This document shows, in pieces, positions 38,701-51,734 of a stretch of 64,000 nt of DNA. The translations under genes were made by a program, and so were the position numbers. The stretch lies in NCBI GenBank assembly GCA_030141605.1, contig JAQGDQ010000269.1, forward strand, positions 247,541 to 311,540, in the 5' to 3' direction. The notes under the pieces were generated by a model. That model was not told the DNA's origin. It worked only from the letters and a program-made list of their open reading frames with translations, and made no database searches. The stretch comes from Tubiluchus corallicola. Taxonomy: Eukaryota; Animalia; Priapulida. Within the stretch, counting starts at the first letter, position 1. Each line of letters opens with the position of its first letter.

Positions 38701-41700
38701 TAATATAAATTTTAATAACTCCTAGAATAGTTTTCCTGAGTGTAGTAGTAATGTGTGCAGATCAGATGCAGAAAAATAGTTATTAGGTCCTACTGTTCTT
38801 GCCTCCTTGACCAAACTGCATGCGGCCCACGGGAATTGCAGGAAAGTTTAATGTGGCCCGGCTAATCAGATAATTTGCACACCCCTGCACCACTACAGCT
38901 AATGAATAGTAATTGAATGATAAAACCAATGACATGATTTGTGTTTTTAGATTACCTGCTTACTAAGCTAAATGAAATCTTATTTGGTGAAACTTATTGC
39001 ACTTATTTTGTTAGCTATTAATAAGTCTTTTCAAAAAAACTTGAATGTTTTTTGAGATGGTCAGTATATTTTTTCGCAGCTGCATATGGAAAATATTCAC
39101 ATATATCGAATTGTGAAGCTGTAATTCTTTGTATTGATGCCATCTGTGTTTTTGATGAGAAAGCAAAACATGTACAAAGCTTACATGTGTTATACGGAGC
39201 TTCCTCTAATGGTTGAGAATCATTTGGTCGTCCCTTGCTGCCTATTTTGTTATTATAATTGTCTGCATATTTTAACTTCCTTAACAAACATGTCGTACAT
39301 TAGAAGAATTGATGAATTATTGATTGCTCTGATTACAGCTTTTAAAATATTTTATTTAAGGTATACTGTTACCAGGTCCTTCCGCATCTTTAAAGTAAAC
39401 AGCACCAAGTAAACGAATAGTTAAACTAAACATCAGTTTCACCGTCATTCATTACGAGTGACTTCATGAAATATTATGCTGCTTAAACTCTGCTAACATT
39501 TAGTTACTAACTGATTAGTGCTCATAATGTGTTATTTTTATCCTATAACATTGGCATGACAACAATGTTATATTATGTTGACCTCACTGTTAGCATCGAC
39601 CTTGTGATGTGTATATTTATTTGGCTTGTTCCTTGCTTCCTCATCCACTGAATGTAAACTTCCTTGAACTCCAGGAAAAACAATTTTGAAATCTAGCAGA
39701 TGGTGAATGGTGCATTTCTCTGGAGATTCTATTTACATTTGTTTCCTCATGGAGGGGAATTATTATCCCGGAATTTATCCTGAGCGCTCTCTAAGAGCGG
39801 TAGTCATATTTGCATGTTAGTGGACTTGCTGAGTGCCTGTGCTAAGAGCAATGTGACGGCTGTTAGTAACATGAAGTTGCTTGAAAACTTTCAGAAACAG
39901 ATTCTGCTAAAGGTTGTAATGTTCTGTGTGAATTTTTCAAGAGATTTGTATTGGGGTAGTCTTCTACCAGGTGTTCCAAGATGACCAAATTGAGACCCTT
40001 TGAAAAGCAAATGTGCATTGCTAGAAGAATACCCAGTAGTTGCAGAAAGAAAAACAGACAATGCAATGCTTCTGACATATAACTAAATAACTAATAGTAA
40101 AACACAAAAGTACTGTTGCTGCCGATTGTTATTGTTACAATAGAGGATGTAACTAATTACAACCCTGCTTAAAACTAACTGTTTACTGCGTGTCATTATT
40201 CTGAGGCATGAAAATTGAGAATGCTTCTAACTCTTAGAAAGGTAGTATTAGAAACTTTTGCATTCATTGTGCTTTAGAATGATGCGATTCAGACGACAGT
40301 CAATTTTAAGCAGAGTTGTAATTAGTTACAACCTTTATTGTAACAACATTAACATTTAGTAGCAACAGTACTGTTGTTTTTCACTATTGATTGTCTAATT
40401 ATTTGTCAGAAAAAATTCTGAGATGCCTGTTTTCCTTTCAGTCAAGCAGCATTGTTGCAATTGTTGCTGCAGCAAAGTGCCTTTGGTCACTACTGTTTGT
40501 TGTTTGCAGCATTTGACTATGGGCAGTGGGCATTCTAATTGTAACTGCTATTGCTAAGCACTCCAGAAAACACACTAAAATTTAATGCCCATATACTCCA
40601 CTTGGTCTCACCCATCGTAGGCTACCACAGCCTTTTTTCCTACAGCCATTATTATTTTTTAGTAGTTATTGCTTATCATAGTAACTAGTCTATTAGTTAC
40701 AGTCGGTATTTTGTAATGATCACGTCTTGTCATAATAATTGTAATTAGTCTCTTAATTACATTCAGTATTTTGACACATTTTGTAGTACTTTTCGTGGCA
40801 ACTAGTTCATTAGTTACAGTCAGTATTCTGTAACAGTTAATTCTTGTCACTGTAACTAGTTTTTAGTTACCTCTTACGACGATGTTGAAATAATATTTGT
40901 ACCATATTAACAGGTTTATTGTAGTTTTTTCTTACAGTGCATCACTTGACATAACGAGTATGCAGATTCTTGTAAAGCTTTCGACATGTTGTGACATGTT
41001 TTCTCTTGTTTTTTTCAGGAAATATTTTCTGTTGACATGGACAAAGAGCGTGACAAGCGTTGGGAGGCCATCAGCAAGGCACTAATGGAGGAGAGGGATA
41101 ACAGTCGGAAGGCTGTGGAGGCAGCTGTGCAGGAGGAGAGGGAGAGGGGTCGAAAGATGCTCGACAATGAAAGGGTAAGCAAAGTGAAGTGAAGAATTAA
41201 TTATCAGGCAACATGAAGAAAACGAAACATACAAATGATATTACAGTTTTGAAGTTTTGTGAGGCTAAGTCAGTTTCTTCTAATGAAAAGTTAAAAGAAT
41301 TACTGTTTCTTGATGGAATTCTGAGACTATTCTGAGAGCAAAATATTTGTTTCAAGGCTGTAAACATGTTGATAAAATATTTTTTATAATCCACGTCATT
41401 TCCACTGTTGTTATTTACTTTAAACGATCAAAAGAACTCCAAACTTGTCAAGGCAACTCACATCATTTAGATCACATGAGTTGTCAAGAGGAATCTGACC
41501 AGGGTTCTGGTTTTGGCCACTTTGCTTCTACTGTCAAACCCAATCCAGCTTGGCCCCGTGCGAGCATCGCACAGATAGCGGTAAATGACAAACTAACCAG
41601 GGCAAACCGTTAGAGTAGGTAACACATAATACAAGTCATTTAAGATGAAAAGCAGCTCTTTGTTTCTTCAGGATGAATTGTGTATAAAGTTCAAGTAAAG

Positions 41701-44695
41701 AAATTACATCAGCTAATAGCATTGATACAGTTTGGAATGATTTTTTCTGCATGTACTAGTGCAGTATTTGATCTATTACTCATCAGTCTTTATACATACA
41801 ATGTGATCTATTCATGTCGGAACATGTTTAATTGGCTTAGTTTCTAGAAGTTATTGAACTTCAACTTGTATCCATGTTTATGTTCGTGTTTATTGTTTAT
41901 GCTTGTAGGAGAAGTTGTTACAAGTAGTTGAAGAGGAAACCTGGCAATCCAGAAAGGCCCTCCATGAGGGAATTAATGAAGAACGAAGAAGAAGTAGGGT
42001 ATGTTGTAATTTATCTCTATTTATACTTGCATAAGTGGTTTCGTTTGGCAGTGTTTATCAACATCTGTTACCCTTAACATTTTATGTTGGGATATCTTAC
42101 TAAAAAGCACATTGCATTATACTACAAGCATGTTAAAATCCTATAAAATTAACATTCCTTCAAAATTTTGCATAGGTTACTTGGATTGTCTTAATATTTG
42201 CAAGACTGATTCTGACTCTAGAGGGGTCTACACACACAATGATATTGATACTCATATCATAGATATTGTATGTTGATAAGATTATTGAACACCTGGAGGG
42301 GATAAGGAAGCACATTTTCTACTTGCACAATATTATTGTCAATATAATTGTGCATATGTAACCCCTTAAATATTGCCGTAATCGAATACATTCCTGAAAG
42401 CATGGTGCTTCCTTTTTTTGTTGATTAGTTGAACTTACTTGTGATTATGTTCATGACTAATTGTCTTTTGATTTTTAAATCAAGAAATAAGGAAACGTTT
42501 GTAGTACTTGTCTGTTATACAAGAATGAATATTTACGAATGTTTCCAGTCAGATTTGGGAAAGATAAGGCTAGATGAAGAGATAGAGATAAGTTTTATCT
42601 AAATCTGTGAAAGAAGTACAGCAAACATGAGCAGTTAAAGCTCTTCGTCGACTATAAAGTAAATAAATACATAAATAAAAGTCAAAAGTGCTACTACGAA
42701 GAGTATACTTTTAATGCGTAGGAGAGAGTTTTGATATGAGAGAGAAGAAAGAATTAATAACATATGAATGCAGAGCAAGTCGCATACTTTTACACATGCG
42801 TCTGTTTCTTTCAGGCAGCTTTAGAGAGGGCCCTTATAGAAGAGAGGAGGAACAGCAGAGAAGCCATACAACATGCGCTGACCATCGTCCGCAGCAATGT
42901 TCACACCTACATTAGGGACCAGAGAAAGGTATTTAGTCATATTATTCTCACACAATAGTGCACTTATTATTGCACTGGCATTCATTGATATTTTACTGGC
43001 ATTATTGCTTTCAGATAGTTATTTTGAGTTGCATATTTAGAATCAACTGAGTGTGCTCAAAAATACATCAAATATACAAGTGGGATGTATCCAAAGGGCA
43101 CTGTGTTTTGGATATGTTATACCACATCTTAATATTCCCAGTTTTGCACATTTAATGCAGATTTGGGCTCTGGGGTGGAAAATAAGTAATTTATTTGAGT
43201 TTCAAGCATAATTACTTTCTGTACCACTTTAGCAAAATCTGAGTCCAATTCCAAATTAGTTTGGTCAAAAAAATAAAAAAAATCCTATTTAGGGTTAAAT
43301 ATTTTTCATACCACTATAATTTCCTATATCTTATTCTTTAGAGTGCTGCAAAAGTTGTAAACTGTGTAGCAAAGCCTACTTTATTGCTCTGCATTAGTCA
43401 ATCATAAAAATGCAAAAAGCAGGACTAAATTAGAAAGTCTGAAATTTTTGCACTCACTGGAATTCAGACACAAGACCTGCTTTCCAGGCGGCTATAGTAA
43501 TCATTACCCCACAGAAGACTTATTTTTCAGGTTCAGACATGTACACTAGAAACCAGCAGAGATTAACTTATTTTCCTTTTCAAACAACCACAAAATAAAA
43601 AGTTGATTTTCATCTAATAATACACTGATTGCAGTATCACATGCTTGTATTTAATGCCACCTGTTAGCAAAAATGCAAATATTCCACTACTTAAACAATA
43701 CATTGACATGATGACATGTTTTTCTTATAGGCCGATGCTCTACTCCGTCAACGTCACCTGGTCGCTCTAGATGTGTTCCTAGGTGGCGCTAAACAACAAC
43801 TCCAGGTGCTCAGCGACGAGGTTAAGGCAATGGCCGGTATGGAGGATGAGACGACTCTTTTGAAGGATGAAATTGCTGAGTATGAAGCTAAAGCAGAACA
43901 GCTACAGGTATGCAAGTAGGTTGTAATGATCCTGATAATGAGCTGGGTTCAGGTCCTGCCACAAACCATTTCACTACAGAAGGCGGCACACTGCCGCCTA
44001 TATTTTCATGCAAGGAACAGAATGCCTTAGGTGTCAAACTGTGTAAAAAGGAAATAGCAAGGTTATCTTTGTTTATCATATGATCTGGGAACTAAGTTTA
44101 GGTTTTGGTCCTGCTACAACCGTCCAATGTCCAATACAAAATGGACTCTGTCATTCTGGTTATGGTTTACATTGTGATAAATTGTATAACAAGTATTCTG
44201 GTCTTACGTCAGTAACATCACATTTTCTTAATAAGCTAATTTTAACATATACTGTTTACTACTGCCATCTAGGAAGAGGAGAAGGAGTTGTTGCAAAAGC
44301 TTGAAGCAGAAGAAGAACAGTTGGCTGCTTTGGAAAAGCAGAAATTTCAGGAGCGAGAAAAACGGAGCAGTCCTGCAAAAGAGCTGTCTCCAGAAAAAGA
44401 ATCCGCAAAGGAGCCCAATGAACAAGAAGTGAAAGACTCCTCACCGCTGCAAGAAGACTCCACAAACCTCTTTCTAAAAGAAGACACAGTATCGAAGGAA
44501 GAAGACAAAGACGTAGATAGTTTTGAGGAGCGTCAACCGTTACAGCATGCTGAGGGTGATGCCAAACTGGAAGGAACAACAGAACCTGGTAACGTGGAGG
44601 TGATAGATGATGAAATTGTTGGGGAGCGCAGCGAAGAAATTGAGGACGAGCCTCAAGACAGGACGAGCAAGTCGTCTTTAGGGTCTGAAATCTAA
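29705..44695 (+). CDS. CCDC91: CCDC91 (p56 GGA/AP-1 accessory protein)-like coiled-coil protein; at least 736 aa, start exon not identified
   Basis: Exons 29705-29773, 32469-32574, 33466-33722, 34705-35142, 35703-35882, 36623-36823, 41019-41174, 41909-41998, 42815-42928, 43731-43907, 44273-44695; all GT-AG and phase-consistent. DDFDEFGHFE resembles vertebrate DDDDFGGFE, followed by a PWASAF motif and a long coiled coil. YIRDQRKADALLRQRHLVALDVFLGGAKQQL resembles the CCDC91 C-terminus YIKEQKRLDQVIRQRSLSSLELFLSCAQKQL. Confidence 0.85.
32469..32574 (+). CDS. CCDC91: CCDC91-like exon (SADPMEQ...NPWASAF...)
   Basis: TTCCAG| acceptor, G|GTAGCA donor. Confidence 0.78.
33466..33722 (+). CDS. CCDC91: CCDC91-like low-complexity Y/G/Q/S exon
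   Basis: CTTAG| acceptor (phase 1), CAG|GTAATA donor. Confidence 0.78.
34188..34648. mobile_element. TTAA-flanked MITE (Kolobok-like)
   Basis: TTAA-AGGCCTATATAACCCC ... GGGGTTAGTTTGACT-TTAA with weak internal inverted symmetry. Confidence 0.45.
34705..35142 (+). CDS. CCDC91: CCDC91-like Pro-rich exon
   Basis: TTACAG| acceptor, AAG|GTACAT donor; 146 codons. Confidence 0.85.
35703..35882 (+). CDS. CCDC91: CCDC91-like coiled-coil exon (...AGHNALAMVVEEYK)
   Basis: TTGCAG| acceptor, AAG|GTACGG donor. Confidence 0.88.
36623..36823 (+). CDS. CCDC91: CCDC91-like coiled-coil exon
   Basis: TTGCAG| acceptor, CAG|GTGAAT donor. Confidence 0.88.
37907..38887. mobile_element. Non-autonomous hAT (Charlie-like) element in CCDC91 intron
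   Basis: Termini CAGGGGTGTG ... CACACCCCTG with subterminal GCGGCCC motifs; CACTACAG on both flanks (right copy offset by 3 nt). Confidence 0.8.
40070..40410. repeat. Long imperfect inverted repeat (foldback)
   Basis: GTAACTAATTACAACCCTGCTTAAAA pairs with TTTTAAGCAGAGTTGTAATTAGTTAC; AGTACTGTTGCT pairs with AGCAACAGTACT; centre ~40240. Confidence 0.8.
40660..40872 (+). repeat. ~55-60-bp degenerate tandem repeat
   Basis: GTAACTAGT...TTAGTTACAGTC.GTATT recurs 3-4 times. Confidence 0.7.
41019..41174 (+). CDS. CCDC91: CCDC91-like coiled-coil exon (EIFSVDMDKER...AVEAAVQEER)
   Basis: TTTCAG| acceptor, AGG|GTAAGC donor. Confidence 0.85.
41909..41998 (+). CDS. CCDC91: CCDC91-like coiled-coil exon
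   Basis: TTGTAG| acceptor, AGG|GTATGT donor. Confidence 0.82.
42815..42928 (+). CDS. CCDC91: CCDC91-like exon (AALERALIEERR...YIRDQRK)
   Basis: TTTCAG| acceptor, AAG|GTATTT donor. Confidence 0.85.
43731..43907 (+). CDS. CCDC91: CCDC91-like exon containing the conserved C-terminal motif
   Basis: TTATAG| acceptor, CAG|GTATGC donor. Confidence 0.85.
44273..44695 (+). CDS. CCDC91: CCDC91-like last exon, acidic extension
   Basis: TCTAG| acceptor, open frame to TAA at 44693-44695. Confidence 0.8.
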   Translation, partial: EEEKELLQKLEAEEEQLAALEKQKFQEREKRSSPAKELSPEKESAKEPNEQEVKDSSPLQEDSTNLFLKEDTVSKEEDKDVDSFEERQPLQHAEGDAKLEGTTEPGNVEVIDDEIVGERSEEIEDEPQDRTSKSSLGSEI

Positions 44696-45474
44696 TGATG
44701 GATGCTTTTTTTGTAGATGATAGTTTTATAGTATTTTATATAACATTGATGTTATCTGATAGTGTAATGCTCGAGTTAGCTTAAATTAACGTAAGTTGAA
44801 ATTTATTGTGTATAAAAGTATTTTAGTTAGTTAAAATGTCTGATTAAAATGTGTGTTTGATACTGAACTTTTTTCATGTGCAGTCTATTTTGCTTTGTCC
44901 TCTTTGTTTGTAAGCCAATGTCTGCAATGGGTGCGATTTATTCGCTTTTCCGTTTTCCATTTTAAGTGCACTTACAGTTGAATTATCATCATAGCTTCAG
45001 TTTTGTCTCTGAGAATGTATGGATGCATATTCTCTATGACACAAATGACAGAAAGAGAGTTATTGATAGTGTATAATAATTATTACTAACAAATAAAGTT
45101 ATCGATGTTGTTTACTAATTTTTTAGAGAAATTGATGTAGAAAAAAGTCCCAGCTAACCATTTTTGGGGAAAACTGGTTGTATTTTGGTGCTAATTTCTT
45201 ACAGTCATTATTTTGGGGAAAATTTTTGTTGTTAATTATTCACTACCGTGTTGTGTGTACAAGTTAGCAAAGGTAGTATAACTAATCTCAGCTGTTTGCA
45301 GGTGCGAATCTTCTCTTTGGATTTAGCGTTGACCCGTAGGATTATGATTCCCGCATTTTCGTTACTTTTAAACATAGACTTATAAAGCAAAATAGTTAAC
45401 TAGCTGATGTAGCTGATGTGTGATCTTATTTATTTACAACCATTAAGCCAAATTTTCTATTGAAAAACAAAACC

Positions 45475-45476
<2 letters not shown>

Positions 45477-45557
<81 letters not shown>

Positions 45558-45602
45558 TGTGCGTGTGTGTGTGTGTGTGCGTGCATGCATGCGTGTGTGT
45601 GT
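45477..45602. repeat. (GT)n microsatellite
   Basis: Direct observation. Confidence 0.97.
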
Positions 45603-46307
45603 ATTCAAATCCTCATGTACTTCACAGTTTTGCTGCTTTTCCAATTCGCAACTTAGCTGTACTTTTTGATACGTGGAGAGTTTTTTGAGTAGGTTGTTTT
45701 GGGAGAGATTGCCAGCTTTCATTTTGTTGTCATTCTGGCTAAGTTGTGCATCTGGTCACGCCTGGCCAGGTTTGACCATTGAGAAAGAGCAGCTGAATCT
45801 CGGTCAGGCTCCTCCTGATAACTCCAAAGTGTAGTGTAGTAGTGTGTGGCATGGACAGGGTGTGCGGCTGTAATGAGTCTGAGTTGGTTTCATTGTTAGG
45901 TTTGTTAAATACTAAAATTTGTTGTTTGTCATTGTTACAGACCAGCTTAATTGTTCTCGTTACTGTTGTCATTGTGAGGGGAAAGTTATTTGATGTAGCT
46001 TTATATTTTTATATCTCATTAGTATATTTTCTAATAAGTATACAAATTGTGTTATACAAAATTGTCTTGCTGTCAATTTTAATTATCACAAAAAGATAGT
46101 GCTGGTACGATTTTGCCTTTTACTTATGATAGATTAAGTATTGATTTTGACTATAGATTCTTAATCGATTGTGCTGGAATTGTTTAACGGAAAACAGGAT
46201 GATTTTTCATATACCACCCCATTTTCGAGTCCAATAAAAAGTATACATTTTAGCACAATTAATACTGCAAAGTGTTTCTGATAATTAAAAAATATGTTAA
46301 AAACTTA

Positions 46308-46770
46308 ATTAACGGCAGGCGAGTCCAACTATTGATGACATCACGAAGTAACATAATTTTCAACAGCAAAAATATTCCACGAGTGTGTTGCACACGTGTT
46401 TGTGAAATCGAAAATTGAAGTACATGTACAATGCTAGTGTAAGATATTTCGTGTGTTGTACTAAAACTAGGCAAGTTTTAAGATAAAATTTCAAATTTAC
46501 CGCTGTTCTCACGCATGAGCTGTCGAACATGTGTAGTTTGCCGCAAACTAACACATCTGAACTAACAAGTACAGCATCTGTTTTTGTGCAATGCATTTCC
46601 AAAATGCAGATGCTAGTGCCCGTCTAACTAGCAAATGGCGAAATGCGTGTAACAGTGAAGAACTAGTGGTGTGAACGTGAAATTATGTTTGTGCAGTAAT
46701 AATTCCTTCAAGTAAGTCATTTTCGAAAAAATAAATGTTTTCTTTCAATTGTTTTGACCTAAAGTTTAAG
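46308..46770 (-). repeat. Dispersed repeat family, copy 2
   Basis: Reverse complement aligns by eye with 10005-10468 (e.g. CCGTCTAACTAGCAAATGGCGAAAT, TTGTACTAAAACTAGGCAAGTTTTAAGATAA). Confidence 0.72.
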
Positions 46771-47964
46771 ATGGGGTCCAGTTTTGCCTTAAGAAAGACA
46801 TAAGTGTAAAAAAAAATAAATGCCGGATGCTTTTATTTTGCAACTTACGACTGAATATATAATCTCGTGCATGTGCGGCCTCTATGTTTTGATATAGAAG
46901 TATTCTATTATTAGGAGAATAGAAAAATCGAGCAAAATTGTTTTTTGTCATTGTTCATTTTATAGATTTTCATTTTGCAAGAGCTACTTAGTCAGTTCTT
47001 TAGTAAATTTATGTAAATATTTAAGTATTTAATGTGTAATACTCAAGTGTGTTTTGTCAGGTTCTCAAAAGATTTATATAATGTTCCATAATTATGCTTG
47101 TGTGGTAATTCCTAAGTGCCTTTATATGTGCTCAGTATAGTGGTATTATGTTTAATAAAGTTCTATCGCTAGGATTTACTGTTTTACATCAAAATTGCGC
47201 AACTATGATGGTCCCTTTATATAAGTTTACATTGTATTACAAATATTTACTTCAAAATATGTGCGACTAACATAGCAAATGGCTATAAATATAGTATGTC
47301 TTAGTTTATATTATTTTAGTTTATGATTATATATCTATAAATTGGTGTTATAATTATTCAAGTGTATTGTCTGGCATCATAGTATTGTATAATGTGCAAT
47401 ACCAGGTTTAGTTTTGGTAACATTTTGTTTTCTTACTGGTATTTATGGTGGTGTCTAGCAAAAACTTTTATAGATATTTAAACTATTTGTATTTGTGGCT
47501 AATATTATTAATACTGTTGAGTTTATTTAAGTGGTATAATTATTTATTTGCCATTGAAAGGATATTGTTTATGTATTATTGTATATAGTAGCAACCACTT
47601 TAGCAATTATTAGGTAAAGCAAATGGATCAAAAGGTGTCCTGAGTGAAACAAAAATAATGAGTCCCTATTAACTTAATTTGAATCATTAGTGAATAAAGG
47701 TTTTGAGCTATAATACTTGTGTTTATTTGTTAGTTTAAAATAGTGATCTGTCTGTTTTGAGCATGTAAAAGTCTAGTTGCTTCATTTATTATCACAAATG
47801 TTTCATATCTACTACATGTATAATTAAATTCATAGTTTAGTCTATTGATTTGTGCTGAGTTTGAAAATGTTCACTGTGTGGAACATAGTAGTGATAATTC
47901 CGTCCTTTGCCAATATCATCTTGTTTTTACCATTTTGTTTGCTTATGTAACTTCATCTATGTGG

Positions 47965-48050
47965 GTTGAAAGCTGAAATGGAAAGAGCATTTGGCCTGAT
48001 GCCACAATGATGTGGGTTCGAATCCTGTTAGACTCACTATTTTTCAGATA
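47965..48050 (+). mobile_element. tRNA-derived SINE-like head
   Basis: A-box-like AGCTGAAATGGAAAGAGC and B-box GGGTTCGAATCC, but no intact cloverleaf. Confidence 0.45.
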
Positions 48051-51000
48051 CGTCCTTATTCTAAAATTTAGCTAAATTTTGTATTCCTAATAGGCCTTGA
48101 AGGCCTACTTCTGTCTGGTTGGTGTAATGCAGCTTTTCATTGTCTTTCTTAGCTTATTTCTTAAGAATCTAGATTCTTATTAATGTAAATCATACATTGT
48201 GTAATTTTAGCTCTTCCTTCTGCACTATCCAGTTCTGAAAAATATATTTATTGTTACAATAATTATACATATATGTTTTGTAGTTATTCTTTTTTAGATA
48301 ATAAAATTAATATCGTTATTCCAAATACGTCTGTTGCAAAGCAAGTTCATCAGTAAAATTTGTCGCTTAACCAATTTGCGACAAAAGAAGTATAGATAAA
48401 TAATAATGTTGCCGGTAGATGTCGCCACAGTCGTCAGTCAACATTTTATATGTTTTACCAGACGGTGGATCTGCCAATAGTAATACGTACGCTTTAATTT
48501 ACTAAAGCGTAATAACTTGTGGAAATACAATAATATTACTTTCTCCTGTAAAATTACAATAGCGACATCATCAAAACAAAAAAACAACAAACGTGAAACC
48601 ATTATAATAGGAACACTGCTCTTCTTCTTGCTTTCAGTAACAAATTACGAATAATTTAGAGGTCCTAATACTGTAGTTCTTATTATGCTAGTTACTAATA
48701 CCGCTTAGTAACAACTTTGCAGCTATATAAGCAAGATATAAGCTATCGAAATAGCAGAGATCGAAATATCATATCAATTGCACCTACAATCCTCCCGAAG
48801 CAATTCGCTCAAAGCGGTAAATTTAGACATAGATAACTTATAGGTTTAAACCTTTGTATTTGTAAATATGTGATGTCATTTGTGAAGTAGACTTTTGTAA
48901 ATGCGTTTTTCGCTCTTGTATTATTTTTTACTTCACTTGTTTTGAAGAGATTACATTTTCAATAAAATAAATACATAATTACAAAACAAGCCAGTAGGCG
49001 AGTCGATCACTGCTCATTGTTGTCCGTTGCAAGACCACCTATCAGATGGCCGCTGTTAGGAATTCGTGTTGAAAGAGTTACATGTTCGCAACTACTTTCC
49101 AGTCCACCACAGCCTGTTGTTCCATTCGACTGGTTTGTAACAATAGACCAGTTTACAGTCAAGCCGCTTGTCTAATGGAATCGCTTACTGTGAAAACTGA
49201 TGTAGAAAAATTATTGTCCTCATGCTATACCTCCACATACAATGTATATACATGTTCACTTAGCATTAAGAAATTGTTGGCCATAGTGTCGTTTACACTA
49301 TACATATGTAAAACTAAAGTACATACAGAGACTGCTTACACTGCGTAGCCCATGACCACTATTGTAGCTTATAACGTACATAGCCTCTTAGGCTGTTTTT
49401 GGCATTTTATATGGACCGTAAGAATGGCCAGAATTGTTATTAATTTTGAGATTTGAGATATACTTTGAAATTAGACAAAATATTTTACAGGATTACATAG
49501 AGACCAAAATGAGTGACGCTTAACGTTCTGCAATCACAACTCTGTCAAAACGGTGCCAATAAATCCCATTTGGCACTAATGAGGGTTAATCTTGTCAAAC
49601 AAAGTAGGTACCTACTACATGTTTTCATTACTTAGAGTTCGTGCAATAACACAGTGAAACTTGCGTTAATGGCACGTTTTGAATATGTGGTGATGTAGTG
49701 TCAACATTTAGGCCCATTTTGTGTCGTGAACCTTTAGGCCTGTTTAGTGTCACATTGCTGTACAACGGTGTTCATTACATGAAAGGTGAATTATAGCGTA
49801 TTTAGTGTAATGGAATCTTGTGGCAAGTGATTGAAATTTTAAAACTTATATGTATATTATCAAAGTTAACTTCTATGTAAAAAGTTACTAAAATGCTAGC
49901 GAATGAATGATTACTGACTGTTATAGGCTGTTAGATACCACGTATTGCTACAATGGATTACATCAGATGAGAAACAGGTCAAGTGTGTACCAGCTGATGC
50001 CTATTTTTCTTCTGTTGTTATCGGCACTCCACGTTTTTTCTTGCTGACACTTTGGTTTTTGTTGTGAACGAGTTGAAATTGTTTTGAAATTTGGTGACTG
50101 CTGTTGCGGCAGGCTTCGAACACGAGGATTACAGTAGCCCTTAAAGATTACATCATTGCAGTGGTGCGAGAAATTTGAAAGTTTTATTACTGAAATTAGA
50201 GAGCAAAAACTTGAGAATAAAGCTCACTCACGGACAGGCTGCTTTCTTGAAGTAAAATTGAATGCAATATTTTTATATATCGCCAACACACCTATAACAG
50301 GTCCTAAATTTTATGTATATTATTATAATGGTGCTGCTTTGAGAAAGAAAAAAACAAGAACAAGTGACTAACAACAGAACTGATTTTTATATTACTAGAC
50401 TTCAAGAAATTAGCAAAGTACAAAACAGTAAGAAAATAATTTGACAAACTAAAGTAAGAAAAAACATCCGTAATCCACTAATAAAACTTAAATATAAAGC
50501 CCCTGCAAGTATAAAATTCAGGGTACAACTTAAAACGAAATTCATTTGTAAATTGAAGCAATTAAAGAAAAACAGAGCCCAATGTTAAACTATAGTATTG
50601 TATTCGTATTGGGTAGTATAGTATACTACCCAATAAAGTATTGAAAAGGGAACGTGCTATTTTGAAGAATGATGCCAAGTTTATGCGAAGGGGGAGTTCT
50701 CACACTGAACCCGTTGACATGAGTGGAGTAGGCTCTGGGCGAATTTTAAGGAAATATTTACGTCCACGGCCGAGCAATACCTAACGTTAAATGTAAATAT
50801 TTACTATCCTAAAATAACATGTCACAAAGTGGTAAGCAGCCTAGGTATCTACGAGAACACACCTAGACGACGACTGGTTCTTTTGGATATCATTACTGTT
50901 CAAATTACTTCGAGCGTTGCTTTACTGTTAAACTCTTAAGAATCTTTTCTCTGATGTCTTTAGTAACTTAGCAGATGATTCAATCTGACTTTACCACTTG

Positions 51001-51149
51001 TTTAAGCAAGTGAAAAACATATTTATTGGGTATAATAACAAATTTCACAAGGGAAATTATATTTAACAGGTACTATATAAAATACAATAGTGCATTAAAA
51101 GGGTTAGTTCCTACCCCCTTACACTACCAGCTTTTCAGACTCTTTCTAT

Positions 51150-51620
51150 CTTCAACAGCATCACGTTCGTAAGATGTCAGCGCGTAGATAGGAGTGCCAT
51201 CGAGCTCTCTGCTATTGCAAAGCGTAAGCCTGTTCCATGTGTTTCCACCAGAGCTCCATATTCTGCACATGACTTCCACTAACCACAGGTCACACGTCCA
51301 TAAACGTGTCCGTCGGAATGTTGTACAGTTGGCGTCTCCGCTAAACAGGTCGCACAGAGAATCCGTGTCAGATTGTCGGTTAGGACCTCACTGCTGTGTG
51401 GTCGCCTCCCATACCTTGAAACGCAGCAATGGCTATTTATCTTCACATTAGTCCATATGGTTTCTTTGTGCTTTAGCAACTCGTTAAAGTCGATTCTTAT
51501 GGGACTAGCAACCATCGGTCAGTATTATAACATTTACATGACGACCAAACTGCCGTTTTTATCCTATAAAAGTCACGGATCCAATTTTACAGATCTGCTA
51601 TTCGTATGAATTCAATGTCT
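51150..51620 (-). pseudogene. Decayed Merlin (IS1595/ISXO2-like) DDE transposase remnant
   Basis: Across frameshifts reads TDRWLLVP...TNVKINSHCC...TVQHS...FMD...SGSHVQNMELWWKHM, matching Merlin motifs (LVPV...I.SDCW...TVNHS...FVDP.TGAHTQNIE.LW). Confidence 0.6.
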
Positions 51621-51734
51621 GTCTTGGTGCATCGGTCAGCCTCACTTTTCTCGCGTACATTGTTGATTCGGGTACTGGATGAAGCCCAACCCGGGAACTT
51701 AACAGATTAAACCTATTATATACTCATTAACACA

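Noticed and set aside
45426-45722. ORFs with (CV)n/(HT)n runs
   Set aside because: Translation of a GT microsatellite.
47965-48050. Possible tRNA gene
   Set aside because: A/B boxes are present but there is no pairing acceptor or anticodon stem; treated as SINE-like.
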